Below are positions 49,257 to 63,264 of a stretch of 64,000 nt of DNA, piece after piece. The first letter of the stretch is position 1, and each line of letters begins with the position of its first letter. The notes beneath the pieces were generated by a model that saw nothing but the letters and a program-made list of their open reading frames with translations, searched no databases and was not told the DNA's origin. Both the position numbers and the translations under genes were made by a program. The stretch is from the NCBI GenBank assembly GCA_035084275.1, contig CM068749.1, forward strand, positions 16,740,001-16,804,000, read 5' to 3'. Source of the DNA: Hydrolagus colliei (Eukaryota).

Positions 49257-49909
49257 TTGTATGTGACACTTATTTTCTTTACTCATAGACTTCTTTATTT
49301 TGTCAAGATACACTTTGACCCAAAAATAAAATACCATATCACGTAATTCAGCGAAAGTGGCATTAGAATGTGAAAATAAGTTATATTTTTGCTGTAAAGT
49401 TTTACAGAGTCTTAAAAATATCATTTTCTTGTTGATATATTTAAAATCATTACACCTTTTTTCTGTTGAGGGCGCAAGGATAAGTCAATCAGGTGAAGGA
49501 GTAATACATTTATTCCAACTAATATTTGCTATAAACTATTTGGCTTCTCTTCTCCCATCTTTAACAGCAGATCGTCAAAGTTGATTCTCACATTAGAAAT
49601 GTTCTTCACTTATCGATCAGTTTCTTACTGAACAATTTAATTACTTGTCCATGATTCAGACTCAATTTGGAATGATTTCAACTGATCACGAAATCCACAT
49701 TCGTAACAGTACAGGGATCTGCTAGACCATATCCTTGTTACTTTGCCTTAACTTGGACAATCATCAAAACAAAAATAGTGTCATACTTTCAGAAGGCAAT
49801 TATTGATGACATATTCTGGTAAAAGAAAAAGTCCCACGGTCATGGATTAAATGAACAATTTAGTATTCTAGGAATTATCATCACTGGCAGGCAAGCAATC
49901 CTCCAATTG

Positions 49910-50060
49910 ACGAACAAGCGGGTTCCTACTTACTGCTAGGTAAACAGAGGCGTGTACATGGAGTAGGAAACTTGCCCAACATTTTGTCCTGCCGGGAATC
50001 AAATCTAGGTTTCTCGCTTACGAGGCAAATACTGTACTCTTAAACATTGAGTTACAGGAT
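49910..50060 (-). mobile_element. SINE 5' (tRNA-like head) fragment
   Basis: Reverse complement tcctgtaactcaatg..tgcctcgtaagcgagaaacctagatttgattccc..ttgggcaagtttcctactcca matches the head of the SINE at 32570-32910. Confidence 0.65.
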
Positions 50061-51426
50061 TTTTTTTTTTTTTAAATCTAGCTGACTCAGAATGAGACAA
50101 ACAATTATAGTTGTTTTAATGGTTGCAAAATGTCAGCAAAAATAAAGGCCATAAATTTTTTTATTCTTCTGCTTCTTATTGCTAGATGTTTAAACAAGAC
50201 AGCAGCAGGAAGCAGAAAAGCATTGTTTATGTTTGTCCCAAAAGTCCTAAACAGCTGAAGTCACATTTCATGAGTGCGTATTTCAAAAAGCTACCTAACA
50301 TGCATTTTTTCCCCCAAAACAACCCCCCCCCCCCAATTCATAATTAAGTTCTGGTTCCATCTAGTGTCCGTGGTTGCAAAGCATTTAATTCTTCTACATG
50401 ACGACCTGCTTTAAAGTACAGTCAAAAGAAAATCAGTTGTTGCTTGAGAGCACTGATGGTATTCCTTGTACATTAGGTTATTTTTAAATATAATATTTTA
50501 AAAACTGATTTCACTGATTACCAAAGTTGACATTAGAGCAATTTGCAAAAACATCTGAATTACAAAATAACCTGCCAATAAATATTATACACAAGGTAGT
50601 TGCAACGAGAAAGATTGACTGTATTCTGTCCACCAGGAAAATGTTAGCTGTCTTCTGAAACGTGCCCATATTGTTTTTACTAATGTAATAACATTGCAGC
50701 AATCCAAAATCTTAACATGCAAGTAAAATATTTCTAGAAATCACCAAAATGTATTCACTGCAGATTAAGTAATCAAAGTACCGCAGTTAATATTTTTTGA
50801 GAAACATTCAGTAGATATGTATGTAAATCATCTGATCTGAAACCGATAAACCTGCTCAGTTTAACTGTGGGAACATTTTAACAACTGTAGAATAAAAAAA
50901 ATTCAGAAACAAATGCAATTAACTCACTTTATTAAAATCATGTCTTCCAAAGACAAATATTCATGAGTTACAATTTTTCTTAAAAAATTAAAATTCTCTA
51001 GAGTACTTAAGTTCAGCAAAGAATTGCATGTAGTGGTAATTTTGAAGTGTGCAAATTTCTTCAGTATACACATTCTCTGAAAACCTGATCACTTATTATA
51101 GTGATAAAAACAATCTAGGTAAACAAACTTATAAATGACAAATGAATTTGCACCCAGACCTTAAATTATCTATAGCAAAAAAAAACCTCCCCTTAAAACC
51201 AATTCCTCAAACCCATTCATACGCATAGTGCATTTATTTTAAAAATCCAAATTATAGACTATAATTACAACAACCAACAGTTCCACTCACATTCAAAGTG
51301 CTATATGAAATAATTGATACAAATGTCACATTTTAAATGCTCCTGCATTATTTGAATGCAATCGCCTACATTCTTTGAACTTCCAAACAATCAAAATGTG
51401 GCACTGTTTTGGCCTTGTACAAATAG

Positions 51427-54400
51427 TCACTTGAGGTTAGGCTCAGCTCCAGTTTGTATAGAATTTTCATTAAAGCTCTCATCCCATGAATGTTTTAAAA
51501 GCATGGGAGATGATGCATCATAAAAGTCATGAGGTGAAGTTGATTTTGCTGGGTTTCTCCATTTCTCGCTTGGTGTTCCACAATTGTTTCTTTTATCGTA
51601 AACGCCACTACTATTTCCCCTTTTTGGTAGAGGTCTTGAGCTGTAAAGAAAAATAAAACATTCCATCTCAATCTGAACTTGTAATGTACTTATCCCAACA
51701 TATTGGTTGAATTTAATGATAAAGGAATAAACACGGAACAGCTAATTGCATTCACTTGACTACAATTTAACAAGTTAAACTGATTATTTTAAAACTCAAG
51801 GCACTAGTCAGTTGCCCTGAAGTGCTTTGAGACAGCCTCACAATGTGAAAGCTACTTTATGAATTATAATTCATAGCAATTGAAGAACACATACACACCT
51901 ATTTCCTTGAATATGACATGCTGTGCGGTATGGTTCAGTGGACATTGAACTACCTAGCGGAGGAAATCTGATTTTTGATGAGGTTTCAGGTGTTGCTACT
52001 GGAACTGTACTCGGTCGAAGGTAAACAGACATATTTATATTTGGTGGTGATTGCGTATTTTGCTTCTCTGGGTCTGAAACTGGAAGACATTATAAAAATC
52101 AGGCAAATAAGTGGAAACAACTTTGAAGTACAGTACTTCTGGAAATTAAGGTACACTGAACAGGAACTGGCTAACTCAAAACCTTCAATTGTTTTACATG
52201 AATACATTTCCCCACAACTACAACTTTGATGAATACACAGCAGAATTATGCTTAACTGGAAACAGAATATTGGTATGTCTTATGTGAAATTAGGATGCAA
52301 TGTAAAAAAAAAGTTTATTTGCCTGAAAGGATACAATGTATTCCCCATGCAGCTGAAGTAGAGAGCAAGAGGAAATCAAATAACTGTGTAGTTTTCACAC
52401 CCCAAAATTGGTCCCAATTAAGCCAGATACCAGGCTCATTCTTCACCCCCACCCATCCCCCGCTTTCTAGTTCATTCTAATTTTATGTAGGGAGGCAAAA
52501 CTACTCTTAGGATTTTACTAACACAGTTAGAAAAAGAGCCAATAGGTGGTGTACAAGAATGGCCTAGGTAGACTTGCTCAGATGTGTCTGAACACATAAA
52601 TTTCCCCAAACCCCACATAATTTTTTTTTAAAATTCTTTAATAACAATAAAAAAGTAAAGCACTTGGCAACAGAAAACGTACTTTGCTGCTTCATGATTT
52701 TTGGCTTCTTCTCTGCAAAAGGAGTCATGTTCAAAAATTGTTGCTTTAACCAACCTGCTCGATCTTCCTCAAATATTTTCCGCTGCAACATAGAAATGGA
52801 TTATTGAAATGCATCTCCTAAGCCCCTACTATTCTACATATAGGGAAACTATCCACTGAATTACCCAAATATTCTTGAAAAGGAAACACCATATTTGTCG
52901 GTATAATTCATCTTCTCTCAAGTTATTGCATTTGATGCTACGAAATTGACAAGATTTAGATGATGAAAGCCCCATAATTCAATCTCATCCTCCTTGAATA
53001 AGAAACCTCACTTTCTTCCCTTTAAACTTGGGAGTGCAACACCATATATACACGCTAAAATATATAGTACCTCATGCCCTAGTCTAATAGCTGCCTCTGT
53101 AAAATTTCTTCTCTCCTTTTCAAAGTTCTTTCGCTGATCATCAAATAATCTCCATTCTTCTTTCAATCGTTCCTTCTCTTCGAGCAAATAGCAATCACGC
53201 AGTAGTGCAGCTGTTTCATCATCACACTGGACATTAAGCTGTTGCTTCGGAAAGAAAATACAATTAATCTTCACGGTTAAAATGTTCGATGTTTTGATGC
53301 TTTAGGATGGCTCTTCACCTCACAACAATTATGCTTCTAATCTGCAACTGCTTTCCCCTTCCTTCTGTTACATTTAGTAATTTAACAAAACAACCGCTAA
53401 AATGCTTTATGTTTAGTGCAATTCTGGTTCATACAATTATCTATTGATAAGAGGACAATTCATGATACCCAAAATAAATCTCCACCTTATTACTAATTTT
53501 TTAAATATTAAAATGCTTCACATGTGCTAATATGCAGATTTTATTTCACAATTACTGAGGTTCTAGGTACTTTCACCACTATAATAGATGTTAGGCAGCA
53601 AAATGCACAAATGAAGACTGTATCTAAATCCAGCTGCAAACATTTGGTTCCAAAATCTTGTGAGATATCATAATACACATGGAGTAAGACAGGATTCAAT
53701 AGAATATTTTATTCCATTACCCTTAGGCAGTAACTTCCCCCAGGAGTGAGTGGGGTGGCATCAACAACAGAATAAACTTTGCTTTGGTCACAGAAGGAGA
53801 GTATGTAATAAGCCAAATAGATTCATCTCGCCCCATATTTTAGGCTCTTAATCAATGTGGCAATGGTTACTTTTGTTTGCACCAATCATTTCTCCCAGTG
53901 GTGCACAAAAAAACCCAACAACAAATAAATACTGCAGATGTTTGCGACTCAGCATTCCACCTGTAAAAAATGTAAACAAGATTTTGTTCCCCACCCCTAA
54001 TGGGTCAGATTATACAAATTTATATATGTACTGTATATATATCGCAGCCTTCATATGGGTAGTTCCCAGAGCGCTTTAGTTAAATATTACCTGTAGAAGC
54101 TGTTGCTGAGCTTTGATAACATCCCTGCATTGCTGGATTTCTAGTTTGAGTGTTTCCATCTCTTGTTCATAGTGCTCTCTGCTTATTATTTCATCACCAA
54201 CCAGAAAGCCAGATTGTACCAAGGAAGCTACAATAAAGTGAAAAAGTGGCCTATTAACTCTACAATATTCGATGAATTTGAAAGGAAATAACACATTCAG
54301 TTTGTACAAATGTTGCATGAAGGCTCTTTCACTACACAGAATATATTCAAATATTTCACAATTCCTCATACATTATACAAGTCATGGCAGACTCAGTTAA

Positions 54401-57400
54401 TGGCACTCCTAAATAACTCACTCCCCGCAATAAAAAATAGCTCTGGGCACAGGAACCATTTTGCTGCTTCACAATGTAATTTTTTTTTTAAACTGTATAA
54501 CTTAATTTTTGCAGCCCTATATGCATCAGTGTTTTGCAGCAATTAAACAAAGGAAGCAATCCTATACAGATTTAATTTTTTTTAATATAAAAAGGATGTT
54601 GCAAGAATGATAAAGTATTTGCAGTTTTCTAAAATGGAGTCATTGCCACAAGGAATACATCACTAGAAGAATTTTTAAACAAATGATGGCATTATGTTCC
54701 AATTATTTAAAACATTTACTTTGATATTCTGCAAAAAGTCAGTTAACACCAACTGTTCAAAGTAGTTCATCACCATTCAACACATTGAATGACCAACCTG
54801 TTTAGACCCTATTGTTTGTGCAGGGTATATATTATATATTAAAAAGTGAGTTGTTTTTTTTTAAAAAGGCACTTGTGCCCTTTGTTTCCTTTGATCGGTT
54901 GTGCTGCCTTGCATGAAAATAGATTTTTGGAAGTGCCAGAAAATTCTGTCACTTGCAAATTAACTTTCATTACCCAGTCAGATCATACCTTGGGAATCTA
55001 ATTTCTCCACATGATTTTTCAGCATTCTCCATTGCTGTCGAATACTATTGGTAAGTTGTTCTCTGACTACATCGCAAGACAGCTCCAATGTATTCTCTTT
55101 ATTTTGTTCACAAATATCCTCTTCATTGTCCGATTCAGCCTATGGGATTAGATGTTAAAGCTTGGTTAAATATTCTTACAATGACTTACAACAAAGCCCC
55201 AAAATAACAATGCATTTGCCTGGGTGTATTGGTATGCAGCAGGTGAAATTATGAATTTCATAATAGTACTCTATTAAAAAGTAGCCATATTAAAAATGTA
55301 TAAACCTGGGTGTATTGGTATGTAGCAGGTGAAATTATGAATTTAATAATAGTACTCTATTAAAAGGGAGTAGTCATATTAAAATTTTATAAACAAATGA
55401 ACAAACAGCAACATTTCAAACTTACTATGCCACTGCTATCTTCCGAGTTTTCCTTTGGTCTTTGTTTTCCAGGGCTAAGTATAGATATCATATCTTTTTT
55501 CATCTGCTGTAGAACTTGTTTTAGCTCCACATTTTCTATCATCAGTTCTTTATGATGTCTTTCATAGTTATTTATAATGGCTCGGTACATTTCGTTTTCA
55601 TTCCTGAACAATTATGATGGAGTTGTTGGGAAGAGAAAGAGGGTGGAAGAAAAAAAGTTCAAGTATTATGCAGTGAGAAAAAAGGTTAAGTCATTTAAAA
55701 ACCTATAGTTTTTATAGGTGCATGTAGCACACTGCACTTGTCACACAAAATGACTAAAGTACCTGGCTTCCGTTTTGAGAGTTCTCCAAGCACTTCGTCG
55801 CCCATCAGACCTCCCCAAGTAGTTAAGGACATCAATAGCTGTTCAAAAGTCATACAAAAAAAAACTATTGAATAAAGACAACATGAAATAATTGCAGTAC
55901 AAGTGGATCATTTACAGCATTATCTGCTTAGCCCATTCAATAACCAGGCTTTTGATTAAGTTGGGGCTCTGTAAAAGAGATGCCTGCAAAATGCATGACC
56001 GAGGTGGCCAGGTAGTAGGGTCCTTCACAACTCTTATATGAGTAGCCACAACTAAATCCAGAATAAAGCACACGATTTCCACATGAGGTAGCAGAATGTT
56101 GACTACTCTATATTTTTGTCGAAGCAAAACCAATTAAATTATAAAAACACACAATATCTTAAAGCAATAACAGCCATTTGACAACAATTAACAGCCAAAC
56201 AGAGAGTTTGTTTACTGTCAAGCATCATGCTCTCGCTGAACTGATTGCCACCTGAAATTACTGCAGCTGGGTAAGCATTTCAGCATCTCTTGCACTAGCA
56301 AGAAGTGGATAAATTACACTGCTAGTTCCACACCTCATGCAACTCATTTATACAGGTCAGAAAAATTAATGAACCTCAAGGCTATCGACAAGTATTCCAT
56401 CTCAAACGTAAAGCATCAGAAGCAGAAAGTATTGCAGTCATTATCATACCCTTAGATACATCTTTAAAGGCTTCAACAAAAGCCAAAGCCATAAGTACTT
56501 TCAGAGACCATTCCACTTTTATGTGAAAGCCAAAAATGTCTAAAAAATTTGCAGTTATTCTTAATGAAGGTGCTTGTCTGCCATTCATAACCAATAAAGT
56601 ATTTGAGTAAGAAATGCTCTGCCAATACCTCTAAAATCTTAGGTAACACAATAGATCACACAGGAATACCAATAGAGTAAAAGCCCATTTATCTGACATC
56701 CTCGGGATCTGGCCAATGCCGGTTAAAGCACGTGCCAGATATCCAGCCGAAAATACACACAAAAAAATTACATTAAAAAATATATATTATGCCGGATAAA
56801 TTCCGGTTAATCGAATGTGGACTTTTGAGGTGCTGGTTATATGGAAGTTACGGTTGATCGGGTCAAGGATAAACGGGCTTTTACTCTATATAAATAATCC
56901 TTGCTTTGGATACACCATCTTTAAATTGGGAGTATGTGTCTCAATGCGCTGCACATGATTTTCCTTAGATATTGGCTGAAATACAAAGTGTTTTAAAACA
57001 TGCACATTTTCTCCGCAACACTACAAATTTCTACTTACATAGCTTTTTTTCTCTTTTATCCATGACAAGCTGGTGCAAACGTTCTTTGAGTTTGTTGTAC
57101 TCCCGTTCTTTTCTCTTCATATCATGGTTGTATTGGGTTGCACGACTTGCTATGATATTCTGTAATTTCTGTATCTGAAAAATTCACATTTGAACATTCT
57201 GGTGCAGGATAGAAAAACAATGCATTTCCTAAATATTTACAAACTTGCAGCCAAGCCTTTTCTTCAGGATTGCAATGTACTTACCCATCAAAGATTCCAG
57301 AAAACTATAGACTAGATGCCTGAATTTTTGTACACAGTGTTTGAAAAATTGGCAGAATTCCCACTTAAAATGTAGGCAAAAATAAGTGCTTAAAAAAAAG

Positions 57401-60400
57401 GAAATATGAGACTAGCAACCGTGCATCAACATTTTAAAAAATGTGAGAAGGGAAGTTGAACTGAAATGGACTGATGGCATTGGTATTACTCAGCTGCTGC
57501 AACAGCAGGACTAGAAAGCAATCATCTTAAAAGGAGACATGAACTCCAGTGGAAAAAAATTTTGATGCAGAATTAACCATCTTTGGGAATATAAAGGAAC
57601 AGTGGGAGTATTCATAACAGGTGTTTCAAGCAGACATTCCGACCAGCATCCAGAAATGAGTCATGCTGATTTCCACTCCCAAATAAATTGCATCATGGTG
57701 GAGTTCCTGTGGTTCAGGGTGATGCACATCTAGCTAATCGGTGTGTTGGTGGGTGAGAGTCCAGTCACAACATTTTAGATCCCAGTATCTTAAATTAATC
57801 TACCAGACCAGTTGTAAAGAGAATTAGTTCAATCCACATTGAGGATTTCTGTTTTGAATTTTTTCTTAAAAACTCCTACACATACATTAAGGAGAAAGTA
57901 GCAACACAAGTAATGGCAATCTAATAATTTCACTGGAGAATCAGAGAAAACATGCATCAGTCCTTACTTCCTCCTTTTCACTTTTCAGTAAACTGTGTAA
58001 ACTTCTGTTCTTCAGTTGCAATTGCCGGTCCTTTTCTTGAAAGGATTTGACCTCCCTATGAGAGGACTCAAGCTGATCCTAAAAGAGAGAAGTCATGTTA
58101 CATGACCAATACTATTAATGCCATTCTAAAAAGTATTTACTGATTGGAAAATAATTTACAAATATTACTACAAGTTCCCACAACCTATCATGACACAGAT
58201 TATGCATATACATCCCACAGAGTAAATTAGGCAGATAGTGAGGAGACATTCTAACTGGACAAAATACTCTTCACTGTGTGAGGGCTTTTTTATTTATTTA
58301 TTTATTTTACACACATTTCCCAGGTACCATTTGAGAGCAGGAATTGCAGAATGAGACCGCTTTTTAAAGTTATAAATAATAATCTTTGCCTTTGGTATAG
58401 TTCCCTTCACATCAGAAGGATGCCCAAAGTGCTACACAGGTTTTGCTGTCAAGTGATTTTGTACTCCTCAGTGCACACAGCAGCCTAACTGCTCACAGCA
58501 ATGACCCACAAACAGCAATGAAAAAAATGAACAATTTTATTTGGGGATGATCAGCTAGGTCACTGGGAGAAACTCCCCTTGCGTTTCGATAAGTGGATCT
58601 TTAGCGTCCACTTAAAGAAGCAGACAGGACCTTGGTTTAACATCTCATGGCACCTCTGACAATGTAGCACCCCGTCAGCAGCACTACATTGGGCTATCAC
58701 CTTAGACTATGTGGGTTCTTGTCCCAAAGTAAGGTTCAAACCCACAATCTTCCGACTCAGAAGTCAGTGCTACCAGTGAGTTGACTAGGAAAATAGAGGA
58801 CTTTCAAAAATCACACAGTTGAACACTAAGCATCCACCCTCCAACTATCTGCATCAGGTTAAGATAACCAGGGCAAGGCCATGGAGGGCCTTAAAAGTGA
58901 GGACAAGGATCTTTAATTTGAAAATTAAGTGGCAATTAAGGGAGTAACTTAACATGCGTAGTATTTATATTCACATGGGCTGGTCAAATTAGTGTGGATG
59001 TTGACTCTCTACTGATTTGAGTTCATAAGCTAAAAGTTAAAATTAAACCGTGCCCATACAACTATGAGAATGTAATTAAATACAGAACTGCATTCATGAT
59101 GAGGTTATAGATCAGTCACAAGTTCTTTTCAACAAAGGCAGCTGCAGTGTGTTCAGCTGCCAGACTGATTCTGCTTATACAGCAAACAAAATCATTTGTG
59201 AAGAATTCAGAAATGCAAAAGTAATCCAATTCAGAATATCTGTACATATGGAAAAGGACTGTAGTGTTCCATCAAAGATCTGCCATTGCTCTGACATGAA
59301 GATCATCCACTAACAAAGCTAAAACAATTTGATACATTACCTTTAGCTTAAGTTGGCAATGTTGCAAATGGTCCAGATCACTACTAGACTTCAGATGTTG
59401 GGTTTCCAGATCTTCTAGTTTACGGAGACTTCTGCGATTAAGCTGAAGTAGATCATACATACAATTCACAATAGCCACCAGGTTTAGTTCCTTTTGTGCC
59501 TCTTCATTAGAAAATGATGTCAAACCCATGGAAGTAAGCTCCTAGAATATTGAGAGGATCAAATCAAATACTGCACTAAGTTCATTTAAAAAAAAAGTAG
59601 TAAATATAAAAATCGAATAATAATAAATAATAATTTGTGTATTTGATACAGCGCTTCTTCACGTCTTCTAGAAGTCTCAAAGCGTTTCACAGAATATACT
59701 GTAAAGTGAATTGATTTGTGGGCAAAACATGCTTCACATAATAGTAATAATTCTTGCATTTGATAAAGCACCTTATCACATTTTCAAGATGTTTCAAAGC
59801 ACTTCAGAATATACTGTAAAGTGAATTTGACTTCACATTTTGTGGGAAAAACATAGCAGACTATTGAGCACAGCAGTGACTCACAAATAATCATGAATTG
59901 AAGTGACCAATTTTTTTTTTTTTAAAAAAGGAATTATTAGCCCCAGAAAAGCGATCTGCCAATCGACTAATAATCAAGTTCCGACTTACTGCTGTGGAGT
60001 TAGGAAACTTTCCCAACACTTTGCCCTACTGAGAATCAAACACAATTGTAACGATTTAGGACATTAAGTATTAGCTTTTAGCAATTCTTCTTGCAAAAAT
60101 TGAATAATTGCATAGATGTTTAATCTGATAATTTACTGATCATATCAAACTCAAGATTTAAAATATCAGTTATACATTAAGGTGATAGTGGACATGTAAA
60201 AAGTTTGCTGAAGGCTAATAGACAACAACAACAAAATTGCATTTGTATAGCGCCTTTCACGTCAGGAGGACGTCCCAAGGCGCTGGACAGTTACTGCTTC
60301 ATAACATAAAATGCAAGCTTACCAAATAAACCAAACAGGTATGGTTGCTTACAATGGGAGAAAGAGGGTCTATGATAGATGAACAATAAAATGAACCTAA

Positions 60401-62209
60401 CATTCAGAGTTCACAATGAGGTCAATCCATTTACCCAGGTCGCTAAAGGTATTTCAACCAAAAAAGGGAAATCTTAATGGATTCCATTATTCTAGAAATG
60501 TCCCCCTTCCCTCCACAATAACGTCCTATCCCCAATAAATGTAAACTCTAAAATGTTCAAACAGTATTAAAATTGCTCACCTGATTGAGATATGATATAC
60601 ATTGCTCCACATTCGCATTTGTGCAAAACAAACCAAAATTGTTGCTAACATTAAGAGATTCAGGCAGTGGATATTGCAATACTGAATCAGAGTTGACAGA
60701 GGGAGACATTCTTGACCTGGATGTGTAGCGAAAAATAAATTCTTTGCTGTCTGTTGGAGAAGAGAAAGAGAGAAACGTTATTCTTTTGTGCGTAACAAAG
60801 TCATTAATCTTTGTCTCCTTGTACAACGGCCCACCATCTGAGGTCCCTGCACAGCAGCTCATCTTCTAACGTTTTAAACTTCATTCACTACTTCAACAAC
60901 CTAATTTACACACACCGATTTGGCACAAATATAAACAAAACATTGTGGTACTTCTTACAATAAACTGCAATCAGACTTAACTAAAATCTTGAACATTTCT
61001 CCTACCGCATCAACTACTGTACAATCAATCACTACAGGTTCATAATTAATCTCACCCCCACCAGTTCTGTATAGTTTTCAAAAATAAACCAGTGGAAGTA
61101 TTCACTTGTACAGAAAACGGTAGCACTATTTGTGCCCATTGAATCCCGAGCTCATATCTACATAAATAATACCCGAGATATCAGTGATGGACAGACTTGA
61201 ACAGATTACCGGCAGATCTACTACATCCATCTGTATAAGTCACACCACAGATTTGCTCAAAGCCTATTTTAGAAATTACATCTGAGCACAAGAAGCAGCT
61301 AGGAATTTTAGCATTTTACAATATAATTATCATTGATTAGCTGCACAAGGTTTGAGACTAGCTGGCGAGTATTACAGCCTATTATCAATGTTTAAAAATT
61401 ACTCAGAACAGCAAATGATTACTTAAAAATCACCAAATCTATCTGATACCCCCTGGTAAAGACTAAACATCACCAAAGCATAAACCTAAATCAAAGGAAG
61501 TTCAGTATTAGGGTTAATTTCTCTATTATAACTGGCAACTGAGACATCAGGTCTTGAGTATCCTTAACCAAACCTGTATTTTCACATGCTGAAGCCAATG
61601 TAACAAGTGAAACTGAATTAATTTAAATCTTAAACCTGCAGACTGCTGCTTCCATGGTTTAAAGTGGATTTCAATAAAGATTAACATTGTCTAAACTGCT
61701 AAAGCAAGTTGTGTCAACCCACAACAGACAGCACAGGCAAATTTAAAAAATGAACAAAGGCAAACTGAATCTGTAGATAGATATCAATATTTTAGTTAAG
61801 TTGATGTTCAAATTATTTTGCCATTTTCCTGTAAATATATTAGTTCAATAGTTTTGGTAATGCATTCCACCATGAAATATAAAAACTTTAAATGACAGAA
61901 ACACTACTTTTACCATTTACATTTAATATCTAACAATTTAAAGACATCGTAAAAAGATAGTTAAGCAGAATAATCACAAATTCAAAACACCTGTACACCA
62001 TATATGAGAAGGTGGGAATACACTATTGACATCAGCATCTGACAGCCACAGTTTGTTGGACAAGCAAAGCTCGGGTCTCAAATTCTAATATTCCAAAGAC
62101 AGTATAATAAAGATATTTCTAAGCTTCAATATGCCTATGCTCTTATTCTATAAAGCATTTGCATACCTGGTGATGGTTCTGGCATAGTTATAGCTTTCCA
62201 ATCTCCCAT
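51427..62209 (-). CDS. SSX2IP: Afadin- and alpha-actinin-binding protein (SSX2IP/ADIP/Msd1)
   Basis: Start [14 protein letters not shown] (62167-62209). Further exons approx. 60581-60750 ([16 protein letters not shown]), 59341-59541, 57968-58078, 57039-57174 ([38 protein letters not shown]), 55764-55838, 55426-55603, 54990-55140 ([24 protein letters not shown]), 54091-54228, 53071-53245 ([27 protein letters not shown]), ~52665-52782, ~51897-51956 and 51427-51640. These peptides closely match vertebrate SSX2IP as I know it; the last three exon boundaries are less certain. Confidence 0.93.
55219..55393. repeat. Two-copy ~86-bp tandem duplication in an SSX2IP intron
   Basis: cctgggtgtattggtatg(c/t)agcaggtgaaattatgaattt..tagtactctattaaaa starts at 55219 and again at 55305. 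Confidence 0.9.
56675..56886. mobile_element. MITE of the same family as 11030-11245, opposite orientation, in an SSX2IP intron
   Basis: TA|gagtaaaagcccatttatc ... gataaacgggcttttactc|TA; the internal sequence is the reverse complement of the first copy (e.g. ataaattccggttaatcgaatg). Confidence 0.85.
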
Positions 62210-63264
62210 AGCAACGGGGCAGCCAAAATACACGCACAAGCAGTTCAGCTGCAACACACAACTGACTGAAATAAATGTTTCTATGCAGGAAGCACCTAAA
62301 AATAGAAAGGCAGAACATTTTAAATTGACAGTATCTATAAAACAACAGATTAAGCTAACAGTGGGAGATCCAAGATTACCAAGGCTTATTACCCTCTCAT
62401 ATTTTTAAAAAATCATCTGGCCATAAAGAATTAAAATTTGGTGATAAGGCAATGATGTTCTCCAGACCTTGCAAGGCTATTTTGGTCAGGCAATATCCTT
62501 CCATTCTGCTGTGCAAGCTAGTTACTGCTCATCATTCAATCCTGGCCTTTGACTACCAGCAACAACAAAATGTACAGCACTTTTCACATTGGAAGGACGT
62601 CCCAATGCGCTGAGACCAGGTGAAACAATAAATTAAAGTTGAAACCCAAAAGATCTGAGCAGCACAAGATTAGAATTGTATGTGGAGCCTGTCCTTTTAA
62701 AAAAAAACAAGGAAGTCCATACTTAAAATGTACAAAATTTGATTCCTCCTCATTCAGCTTCCATTTACAAAATCAAGGTCACCCCATAGTAGAGAACCAG
62801 AAGCAGATTCTCAAAAAAACGGAATAAATACAGTACCCAAGCACTTGGCCTAACCCTGAATGTTCTTAAAGAGCTCTGAGATGCTACCTGGGATGGAAGG
62901 TGCTCTACAAGTGCAAGTTATTGTAGCTGTAGAGTTGACAGTCATTCCATGAAAAATAGCCATTTTATAGTTCTTGAACATGCTAAATATATCCTGTCGC
63001 CGGTCAACAACTCTCTAATGCATTATACATGATGTAAAGCAGCTCTTTCAACGATTGTCATCAATTGTGTGGTGCTTTATCAGTTGCTATAGTACTGTGT
63101 GAAAAATACAAACTTCTAGTTCCCTTTGTATAGTTATTTTCTTTTAAATAAAACCATGACTGTTCATGGGACACTGCTGTGCACAATTGGTTGCCGCATG
63201 TCGCCCACAAATATACAGTCAATTCACTTTACAGTATATTCTGTGAAGCACTTTGAGGCGTCTA

